This document shows positions 23,998 to 31,639 of a stretch of 64,000 bases of DNA, piece after piece. Position 1 is the stretch's first letter, and each line of letters begins with the position of its first letter. The notes beneath the pieces are model-generated. The model saw only the letters and a list, made by a program, of their open reading frames with translations, did no database searches and had not been told where the DNA came from. The position numbers and the translations under genes are program-made. The DNA comes from Elusimicrobiota bacterium (GTDB taxonomy: Bacteria > Elusimicrobiota > Elusimicrobia > UBA1565), in assembly GCA_043819795.1 (NCBI GenBank), contig JBDREN010000222.1, forward strand, positions 1 to 64,000, in the 5' to 3' direction.

Positions 23998-24064
23998 GCT
24001 TCGTTTTTCATTTGCCCGACTCTCGGGCAAAATGTTCTAATTCCCTCTCCGTGAGAGAGGAGCC

Positions 24065-25807
24065 ATGCAAGCGACCCAGGCCCTGAGCACAGGCATGATG
24101 GCGGCGCTGATGCTGCTCGTCGCCATCCTGGGCGGCTACATCGCCAAGTGGGTCCGGGTCCCGCGCATCGTCGCCCTGATCATCGGCGGAGTGGGGCTGA
24201 AGTACCTCATCGGCCTGTCCGAGCCCCCGGAGTACGCGCGGGACCTGGTCGCCCCCCTGGGATTCATCAACGAGCTCGCCCTGGGCCTCATCCTCTTCAT
24301 CATCGGCGGATTGTTCGAGGTGGCCCGCCTCAAGGCCACCCGGGGCGTGCTCAGGCGATTCAGCCCCTCCGAGATCGGCCTGACCGCCGCGCTCACGACC
24401 GTCGGTTGCGCGGCGGCGGCCTGGACCATCCCCGGCATGACCTTAACGCTGAGTTTGGCGACGGGCCTCTTGATGGGCTGCGCGGCCGTGGCCACGGCCC
24501 CCGCGGCCACCTGGTTCGTGCTGCAGGAGTATGACGCCAAAGGCCCCACGACCGACCACCTGCTCATCATGACGGGGATCAATAACTTGGTGAGCATCAT
24601 CTCCTTCCATACGGTGCTCATCGCCTTCATCGCTTTCGGAGCGCTGGAGGGTGTCCAAGGCTCGCCGAGCGCCTGGTGGCTGGACCTGTTCTTCGTCTCG
24701 GTCGGGAGCATCGGCCTGGGCGTGCTGCTGGGCCTCGCGCTGAGCGTGCTCCACGCCCGCCTGCCTCTGCGGGAGATGGTCCTGATGTTTTTCGCCACCC
24801 TGTTCCTCTTGTCGGCCGGCGACGATTGGATGCGGCATATGCTGGGCACCGCGTTCTATCCCATGGTGGCCTGTCTCGTGATGGGGGTGGCGTTCGCGAA
24901 CACGGCGCGGGACGCCGCGTATTTCGAGCGGACCCTCGAGACCGTGAGCATGCCGATCTTCGCGATCTTCTTCGTCCTGGCCGGCTACAATCTCCACCTG
25001 GAGGAGCTCCCCCACCTCGGGGTCCTGGGCGTGGTCTATCTGGCGATGCGGACGGCCGGGAAATACGTGGGCGTGCGGCGGGCGGTGCGCCGGTTCGGCG
25101 ACGGCGCTAAGCTCAAGGAGAACGCGGGGCTGGGGCTTCTCTGCCAAGCCGGGGTCGCGGTTTTCCTGGGCGCGTTCCTGGTGGAGTACTGGGCGCATCC
25201 CGTGGCGGCCAAGATCAATGCCGTCATCCTGGCGGCGGTCGCTATCTGTGAGCTGGCGGGGCCGCTGTTCGTCAAGCACGTGGTGATCGAGGCGGGCGAG
25301 GTCAAGGCGGTCACCCTTCTGAGGCCGGGCTTCCTCCATCGCACCTGGATCAGCCCCGGGCCGGGCCTGAGCAGCCTGGCCAAGGAGTACTCCGAGAAGA
25401 GCAAGCTCAAGGGGAAGATCGGCGAGCCCCTGACGGCCAAGCACCTCATGCGCACCAACATCCACTTTCTGCCCGCCACGGCCACCTTCGACGATGTCCT
25501 GACCTTCATCGAGCGCAGCCGCTTCCACGACTTCCCCGTGGCGGACGCGGAAGGCGCCTACCTGGGCATGGTGCATTTCCGCAAGGTCCGGGGCCAGTTC
25601 TACAACCCGGCCTCGGTCAAGCTGGTCACCGCGGGCTCTTTGGCGGACAAGGATACCCCCACGGTGATTCCCGGCACCGAGCTCTCCGAGCTGCTGGAGC
25701 TCTTCCACAAGCACAACCTGGGCGAGATCGCCGTCGTGGAAGACCAGCTCAGCAAGCGGCTCATCGGGCTCATCGAGCAGAGGGACCTGCTCCGAGTCCT
25801 GCATTAG
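24065..25807 (+). CDS. Cation:proton antiporter family protein with C-terminal CBS pair
   Basis: About 12 TM segments, ATAPAAT and A.GP.T motifs, FFVLAG, QAGVA; C-terminal CBS motifs (FPVAD...YLGMV; LIGLIEQRDLL); GAGGAG RBS. Confidence 0.85.
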   Translation: MQATQALSTGMMAALMLLVAILGGYIAKWVRVPRIVALIIGGVGLKYLIGLSEPPEYARDLVAPLGFINELALGLILFIIGGLFEVARLKATRGVLRRFSPSEIGLTAALTTVGCAAAAWTIPGMTLTLSLATGLLMGCAAVATAPAATWFVLQEYDAKGPTTDHLLIMTGINNLVSIISFHTVLIAFIAFGALEGVQGSPSAWWLDLFFVSVGSIGLGVLLGLALSVLHARLPLREMVLMFFATLFLLSAGDDWMRHMLGTAFYPMVACLVMGVAFANTARDAAYFERTLETVSMPIFAIFFVLAGYNLHLEELPHLGVLGVVYLAMRTAGKYVGVRRAVRRFGDGAKLKENAGLGLLCQAGVAVFLGAFLVEYWAHPVAAKINAVILAAVAICELAGPLFVKHVVIEAGEVKAVTLLRPGFLHRTWISPGPGLSSLAKEYSEKSKLKGKIGEPLTAKHLMRTNIHFLPATATFDDVLTFIERSRFHDFPVADAEGAYLGMVHFRKVRGQFYNPASVKLVTAGSLADKDTPTVIPGTELSELLELFHKHNLGEIAVVEDQLSKRLIGLIEQRDLLRVLH

Positions 25808-25866
25808 CTCCCTTATCCCGATTCGTGGGTCAGGCCTGGTCCTCTCGCTTCAGCGTCCTTCCGTGC

Positions 25867-25895
25867 TTGACAACGGTCGTGAAACATGTTATAAT
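25867..25895 (+). promoter_or_regulatory. Consensus sigma70 promoter with extended -10
   Basis: TTGACA (25867-25872), 17 bp, TG-t-TATAAT (TATAAT 25890-25895), upstream of regulator 1. Confidence 0.85.
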
Positions 25896-25937
25896 TGCAT
25901 AAAAGCAATAAATAACCCAATAAAAAGACTGATTCCT

Positions 25938-26732
25938 ATGCCAAATACGGAAACGTACGAGACAGTGCTTTCTACCGGCCAAGCAGCCAAGCTGTGTTCG
26001 GTCACGCGCGATACTGTGCTCAAGTGGATCAAGCTGGGTAAGATTGAGGCCGTCCAGACACCCGGCGGGCATTACCGGATTAAGAGGGAGAGTCTGGCGC
26101 CCTACATCTCGATTCAGGGTGCTGTCCAGAAGCCAACGACGGGCGCGAAGCCGGTGACGTTCTGCTGGGAATACCATTCAGGCGGTGGGGATATCGGGCA
26201 TGACTGCCGGAAATGCATGGTATTCCAGGCCCGGGCTCAGAAATGCTTCTTGATGGCGGGGCTCGGCGAAAAAGGCGGTCATGCGGGGGTCCACTGCAAG
26301 GACAACTGCTATGACTGCGAGTACTTTCATCTGATCAGCGGAGGGGTCATCAACGTCCTGCTCGTCACCGAGAATGAGAATCTGAAGAAGTCGATCGAGG
26401 CGGGCATCAGCGATCGGATCGTTCTGAGGTTCGCGAGCTGCGAGTACGAGACCTCCTCGGTCGTCCACGATTTTAGGCCGGATTTCGTCATCGTGGACGA
26501 TTCGCTGGTCAGCTGCAGGCCCGAGGATATCTGCAGGCACCTGATCAAGGACTCCCGGGTCGGCGGCGCCCAGATCGTCATGACCGTATCCGAGGATCGC
26601 GGGAGGGCCACGCTGCAGGAGGGTGTCTGCGCTTCGATCGCCGCGCCGTTCAGCGCGCGGGAGATGGAGGAGAGCTTTCATCAGCTTAGACGGAGCCTGT
26701 GGGGCGGCTGCAAGCCGCCTTCGCGGGACTGA
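25938..26732 (+). CDS. Putative transcriptional regulator 1: excisionase/MerR-like HTH + Cys-rich domain + degenerate receiver
   Basis: LSTGQAAKLCSVTRDTVLKWIKLGKIEAVQTPGGHYRI; C-x13-C-x2-C-x9-C-x11-H-x4-C-x3-C-x2-C; FRPDFVIVD receiver-like fold. Confidence 0.85.
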   Translation: MPNTETYETVLSTGQAAKLCSVTRDTVLKWIKLGKIEAVQTPGGHYRIKRESLAPYISIQGAVQKPTTGAKPVTFCWEYHSGGGDIGHDCRKCMVFQARAQKCFLMAGLGEKGGHAGVHCKDNCYDCEYFHLISGGVINVLLVTENENLKKSIEAGISDRIVLRFASCEYETSSVVHDFRPDFVIVDDSLVSCRPEDICRHLIKDSRVGGAQIVMTVSEDRGRATLQEGVCASIAAPFSAREMEESFHQLRRSLWGGCKPPSRD

Positions 26733-26756
26733 GTCAATGCCCATGGAGAGACAGCG

Positions 26757-27281
26757 ATGAACGGGAAAAAGATCAACAACACCATGTTGCGCCTCGTCAA
26801 AGGCGACGTCACCGACAGGGAAGTGGACGCGTTCGTGTTCTACGCCAGGCACGACCTGCAGCTGGGCTCCGGGTACGGGACGGCGATCATCCAGCGGGGC
26901 GGGCCCGGCATCAAGGGTGAGCTCGATAAGATCGGCCCGATCGAGACCGGCGAGGCGGTCGTCACGGGCGCGGGTGAGATGAAGGCCAAGTACATCATCC
27001 ACGCGGTCGGGCCGCGTTTCCAGGAGGATGATGAAGAGCGCAAGCTTCGCGAGACCATGAAGGCGTCATTGAAGCGGGCCGAGCAGATTGGGGCCGAGAC
27101 GCTGGCCTTCCCTCCCATGGGCGCGGGTTTCTACGGGATACCGCTCGATCTCTGCAAGAAGGTCATGATCGAGGAGATCAAGAAGCATATCGAGGGGAAG
27201 ACCGGCCTCAAGCAAGTGGATATCGTCGTGATGGATTCGAGGGAGAACGCGCCTTTTGAGGAAGCGTTCAAGAGTCTGTAA
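26757..27281 (+). CDS. Macrodomain protein with degenerate catalytic motifs
   Basis: GDVT, GEAVVTGAG, IIHAVGP, AFPPMGAGFYG retained; NAAN replaced by FYAR and GGGV by GSGY. Confidence 0.88.
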   Translation: MNGKKINNTMLRLVKGDVTDREVDAFVFYARHDLQLGSGYGTAIIQRGGPGIKGELDKIGPIETGEAVVTGAGEMKAKYIIHAVGPRFQEDDEERKLRETMKASLKRAEQIGAETLAFPPMGAGFYGIPLDLCKKVMIEEIKKHIEGKTGLKQVDIVVMDSRENAPFEEAFKSL

Positions 27282-27293
27282 GGAGAGAGACTG

Positions 27294-27998
27294 ATGAGCG
27301 ACTTATTGTACTTCGCGGAGCACCGGCTGCAGGAGGCCGCCCTGGTCTGGATGGCCTCGGTCTACGCCGTACGGATATGGTGGCTGCTGCGCTTCAAAGA
27401 CGCCCGGGACAGGCAGGTCCCGACGGGCAGGGGGGTGGATGACCCTTCGACCGGCAAGCTCTACTCCCTGGCCAATATAGCCATGCCGTGGGCGATGGAG
27501 AGCACGCGGACGAGCCCCTTCTTCTACCTGCAGTTCGTGGTCTTTCACGTGGGAGTGACATTCGCCATAGGGCTGTCCTTCGTGATCCCGTACCTTCCGC
27601 AGGTGCTGGAGAGCGCGATCGTCGTTAAGATCATCCAGGCCTTCACCGCCGCCGCCTTTCTCATCGGCTGCGGGCGGATGATCCGCCGGTTCGTCAAGCC
27701 GGTCATGCGGTTGATCAGCACGCCGGACGACTATTTCTCGCTCGCCCTGCTGACCACCTGGTTCGTCTTCGCTTTCCTGGCGGCGCCCAACGACATCGCC
27801 CGGGGCGAGGGGATACTGCTGACGTACTTCTTCATGACGGCGTTCTTTCTGATGTACGTCCCGTTCAGCAAGATCTCGCACTACCTGTATTATCCGTTCA
27901 CGCGGTACTGGCTGGGCAGGACGCTCGCCCACCGCGGGGTGTTTCCGATACGCCTCCCCGCCGGTGAGCGCAGGGACGTCGAAACGGCGAAGTCATAA
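27294..27998 (+). CDS. NarI/DsrM/HmcE-like membrane subunit retaining two of four heme-ligand His
   Basis: Five TM segments, RR....MR.IS..DDY, PFSKISH; adjacent to a DsrK/HmcF-like gene; AAGGAG RBS. Confidence 0.8.
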   Translation: MSDLLYFAEHRLQEAALVWMASVYAVRIWWLLRFKDARDRQVPTGRGVDDPSTGKLYSLANIAMPWAMESTRTSPFFYLQFVVFHVGVTFAIGLSFVIPYLPQVLESAIVVKIIQAFTAAAFLIGCGRMIRRFVKPVMRLISTPDDYFSLALLTTWFVFAFLAAPNDIARGEGILLTYFFMTAFFLMYVPFSKISHYLYYPFTRYWLGRTLAHRGVFPIRLPAGERRDVETAKS

Positions 27999-28015
27999 TC
28001 CCGAGGAAACTTGAA

Positions 28016-29758
28016 ATGAGCGAGAAAAAAGAACGATCCCAGAAGGCGAAGAAGTTCCTCGAGAGGCTGCCTAAGAAGATGACGCGGCAGATCGTCGGCT
28101 CGCTCGCCGGCTGCGTGCACTGCGGCATGTGCACCGAGAGCTGCCACTATGTCCTCTCCAACCCCGAGGACCCCACGTTCGCTCCGGCGCATAAGGCCGA
28201 TCAACTGAGGAAGATATTCAAGCGCCACATCGACTGGACCGGCCGGGTCTTCCCCTGGTGGGTCGGGGCGAAGAGCGTCTTCACGGACGAGGACCTGGAG
28301 ACCCTGAAGGATATCGCGTTCGGGAAATGCACGAACTGCCGCCGCTGCACGTTCAATTGTCCGATGGGCGTGGACTTCGCGACCGCCAACAGGACTTTGC
28401 GGGGCCTTCTGGTCCACGTCGGGGTCATGCCGGAGGGCGTGTCGGTCGTCAGCAAGGACCAGTGGGAGATCGGCAACCAGATGGGGGTCCTCAAGGAGGA
28501 TTACCTCGAGACGCTGGAATGGATGTCGGACGAGCTCTCCGAGGAGCTCGGGGACCCGAAGGCCAGGATCCCGATCGATGTGGAGGGCGCCGACGTCGTC
28601 TATTCCATCAATCCCCGCGAGGTCAAATACGACCCGCGCTCCATCTCGGACGCGGCGAAGGTCTTTTGGGCCGCCGGGGAGAACTGGTGCATGCCCAGCG
28701 AGTGCTGGGACATGACCAACTTCGGCCTCTTCTCCGGAGACGACGACCTGGGCGGCACGGTCGGACGGCGCCTGTTCGAGAAGGTCATCGAGCTCAAAGG
28801 GAAGATGCTGGCCATCTCCGAATGCGGCCATGGGTACCGGTCCACCCGCTGCGAGGCCCAGAACTGGGCCGGAAAGGCCTACCCGATCCAGATGGAGAGC
28901 TCCGTCATCACCATGCTCCGCTATATTAAGGAAGGCAAGATCAAGGTGGACAAGAGCAAGAACCAGGGGATCTACACCTTCCACGATTCGTGCAATAACG
29001 CCCGCAGCTGCGGCCTGACCGAAGAGCCGCGCGAGCTGCTTGAGCTGGTGGTGCCCGAGTTCCGCGAGATGTATCCGAACCGGGCGGAGAACTACTGCTG
29101 CACGGGCGGCGGCGGCGCCATGTCCATGTCGGAATATACGCCCCGGCGTCTCAAATCCGCCAAGATCAAGGCCGACCAGCTCAAAGCCACGGGCGCCAAC
29201 GTCGTGGTCACGTCCTGCCACAACTGCGTGGACGGGCTCAACGACCTGATCCGGCACTACAAGCTGGACATGAAGGTGACGCAGCTGGTCAACCTGGCCG
29301 CCACGGCGCTCGTGATCCCCGCGAAGGTCGCGCCGCCGGTCGAGAAGGTGTTGGCGCTCGCGGGGAAGACGATCATGGTCGTCGACGACGAGCCGGACGC
29401 GCTCACCTACTTCAGCACCGTGTTCGCCGACAACGGGGCCAGGACCATCGAGGTCTCCGACAGCGGCGAGGTCCTGGCGATGGTCAAGAAGGAGAAGCCC
29501 GACCTCGTCACCCTGGATATCTCCATGCCGGGCAAGGACGGGGGCGTGGTCCTGGCGGAGCTTCGTAATGACCCCGAGACCGAGGCCACCAAGGTCTGCA
29601 TCATAACGGGCAAGCCGGAGCTCAGGAAGCTCATCTACGACCGTCCGGTGAGGCCGCCGGAGGGCTACCTGGACAAGCCGGTGGACGAGGAGAAGCTCCT
29701 GACCAACGTGCGTAAGATCCTGGAGCTTTCGCACGAGGCAGCCCCGGTGAAGGCCTGA
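28016..29758 (+). CDS. DsrK/HmcF/HdrD-like Fe-S oxidoreductase (CCG domain) fused to a C-terminal receiver domain
   Basis: CVHCGMCTESC, CTNCRRCTFNCP, SECGHG, HDSC, CCTGGGG, SCHNC; then VVDDEP...PDLVTLDISMP...IITG...LDKP. Confidence 0.9.
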   Translation: MSEKKERSQKAKKFLERLPKKMTRQIVGSLAGCVHCGMCTESCHYVLSNPEDPTFAPAHKADQLRKIFKRHIDWTGRVFPWWVGAKSVFTDEDLETLKDIAFGKCTNCRRCTFNCPMGVDFATANRTLRGLLVHVGVMPEGVSVVSKDQWEIGNQMGVLKEDYLETLEWMSDELSEELGDPKARIPIDVEGADVVYSINPREVKYDPRSISDAAKVFWAAGENWCMPSECWDMTNFGLFSGDDDLGGTVGRRLFEKVIELKGKMLAISECGHGYRSTRCEAQNWAGKAYPIQMESSVITMLRYIKEGKIKVDKSKNQGIYTFHDSCNNARSCGLTEEPRELLELVVPEFREMYPNRAENYCCTGGGGAMSMSEYTPRRLKSAKIKADQLKATGANVVVTSCHNCVDGLNDLIRHYKLDMKVTQLVNLAATALVIPAKVAPPVEKVLALAGKTIMVVDDEPDALTYFSTVFADNGARTIEVSDSGEVLAMVKKEKPDLVTLDISMPGKDGGVVLAELRNDPETEATKVCIITGKPELRKLIYDRPVRPPEGYLDKPVDEEKLLTNVRKILELSHEAAPVKA

Positions 29759-29773
29759 GCCCGGGGCGGCGGG

Positions 29774-30439
29774 GTGACGCAAATGGAGCGCAAAACGGTG
29801 AGCTTCAGGGGAGGGAGGTCCTACACGCTGGACCGATACGGCTTCCTCGAGTCGCCGGAGCAGTGGGACGAGGACTTCGCCGACGGGATGGCCGGGAAGC
29901 TGGGCATCTACGGGGGCCTGACCGAGCAGCACTGGAGCTTCATCCGGTATCTGAGGAAGAAGTTCCTCGAGGAGAACACTGTCCCCGTGGTCGTGATCGC
30001 CTGCGCCAACAACAAGCTCAGGCTGAGCCAGTTGAGGCGGCTCTTCCCGACGGGCTACCACCGGGGCGCGTGCAAGATCGCCGGCATCAACTACAAGTTC
30101 ATGTACGAGACCAACATCTGGCTCACGTACGAGTCCTACCCGGCGCTCAAGGCCGAGCACGATATGACGCCCGTGGGGTTCCTGAAGGACTTCGACAGGT
30201 GGGACGAGCGCTTCGCGGAGATCGTCGCCAGCGATTGGGACCTGCCCGAAGGGCTGACGGGCAGGCACTGGAAAATCATCCGATACCTGCGCGATTTCTA
30301 CAAGAACAACGAGAACGTGCCGACCATCTACGAGACTTGCAAGGCGAACGATCTCGATTTGGGCGAGCTGAGGCGGTTGTTTCCGGACGGCTACCGTCGC
30401 GGCGCGTGCCGCATCGCCGGACTGCCCTTCCTGGGTTAG
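29774..30439 (+). CDS. Tandem two-domain DsrC/TusE-family protein lacking the C-terminal CysA
   Basis: Two repeats of GFL....WDE.FA...LT..HW..IRYLR...LFP.GY.RGAC.IAG; start may be ATG 29783. Confidence 0.88.
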   Translation: MTQMERKTVSFRGGRSYTLDRYGFLESPEQWDEDFADGMAGKLGIYGGLTEQHWSFIRYLRKKFLEENTVPVVVIACANNKLRLSQLRRLFPTGYHRGACKIAGINYKFMYETNIWLTYESYPALKAEHDMTPVGFLKDFDRWDERFAEIVASDWDLPEGLTGRHWKIIRYLRDFYKNNENVPTIYETCKANDLDLGELRRLFPDGYRRGACRIAGLPFLG

Positions 30440-30455
30440 ACGTCCTTCCCGCCGT

Positions 30456-31235
30456 TCAAGCCCGCCTGGTCGCGTCCCCGCCCGGGCGTGAGAGTTCCCC
30501 GAGGAGCCGTTCGATGCGCTCGGCGGTGAACGGCGGCGTGATGGTCGGCGCGGCGATGCCTCCGAGACCGGACTCATGCCCTTCGCGGCGCGCGATGAGG
30601 ACTTTCACTCCGGGGATGCGGTCGTCGCGCGCGATGGAATCCGCCAGATCGCCTTCCCTCACCTCGGCCAGCGCGCTGTCCATCAGGACCACGGCCGGCC
30701 GGAAGGCGTCGATGACCGCCGAGCTTTCATAGCCGGAGCGGGCGAACCGCAGCGAGAGCTTCTCCCCGTCGGCGTGCTTCTCCAGGGCGCGGATGAGGGC
30801 CTTGTCGTTCGTGACGACGAGTACCGTGGTGGCCAGTCCTTGGCACGAGCGATAGAAGGCGCAGTCCCGGCAGTCCGTCTTGCAGAAGCGGCGTTCATGA
30901 CCGGCCGCCTGTTCGAGGCCGGCCAACTCGTAGCAACGCTCCGCCCTGGCGCGATATACCAGGCACTTGCTACAGGCGTCGGTCGGCGTGCCTCGCTGTC
31001 CGAAATACTCCCAGCAGTGCGGCGTCCGGGTTTTCCCGTTCCGCGAAACGGCGCATGTGCCGTCGGAGCTGCGGGCGAGGCCGAGGTCATCGCACGTATT
31101 CCGGGAGACCCGGTAATGGCCCCCTGTGGTCCGAATCGCCGGCAGCCTTCCTTTCTTAATCCACTTTAGCACAGCGTCGGGAGTCACCCCGCACAGCTTG
31201 GCTACCTGGCCTGTGGTGAGTAGATCTGAACCCAT
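30456..31235 (-). CDS. Putative transcriptional regulator 2: HTH + Cys-rich domain + degenerate receiver
   Basis: LTTGQVAKLCGVTPDAVLKWIKKGRLPAIRTTGGHYRV; same 7Cys/1His spacing; FRPAVVLMD. Confidence 0.85.
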   Translation of the reverse strand: MGSDLLTTGQVAKLCGVTPDAVLKWIKKGRLPAIRTTGGHYRVSRNTCDDLGLARSSDGTCAVSRNGKTRTPHCWEYFGQRGTPTDACSKCLVYRARAERCYELAGLEQAAGHERRFCKTDCRDCAFYRSCQGLATTVLVVTNDKALIRALEKHADGEKLSLRFARSGYESSAVIDAFRPAVVLMDSALAEVREGDLADSIARDDRIPGVKVLIARREGHESGLGGIAAPTITPPFTAERIERLLGELSRPGGDATRRA

Positions 31236-31553
31236 AAGTTATTCCTTGAGCATCTATGATTAATGGATATATTAGATAAAGTCAATAAATAATATTTTAC
31301 ACTAAACCGATAGAAAAGTCAAATTCTCTTGATGCGGTGGACGGGCGGGCTTTCCAGGCACCCAGATCGGTCGACGCCATCTCTCCTGGGCTGGCAGCCC
31401 AGGAGATTTCGCCATTCGAAATACTTTTGCCACGGGCCGCTAGGGGTCTTCCTTCGGCAGTGGCGTCTTTGCGTTTGTCTGAGATAGGGATAGCGTATGG
31501 TTTGAATCGGACTGGAATTTTGATGATATGGAAATTATCCATCAGTAGAAGTC

Positions 31554-31582
31554 TTGACGCGTTGGTGATGTGTATGTAAAAT
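31554..31582 (+). promoter_or_regulatory. Putative sigma70 promoter of the regulator 3 operon
   Basis: TTGACG (31554-31559), 17 bp, TAAAAT (31577-31582) in an AT-rich intergenic region. Confidence 0.7.
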
Positions 31583-31639
31583 ATGCAAAATTGGGACATA
31601 TTGTCATCGAATACATAAATAACATACACAACGAAGCAT

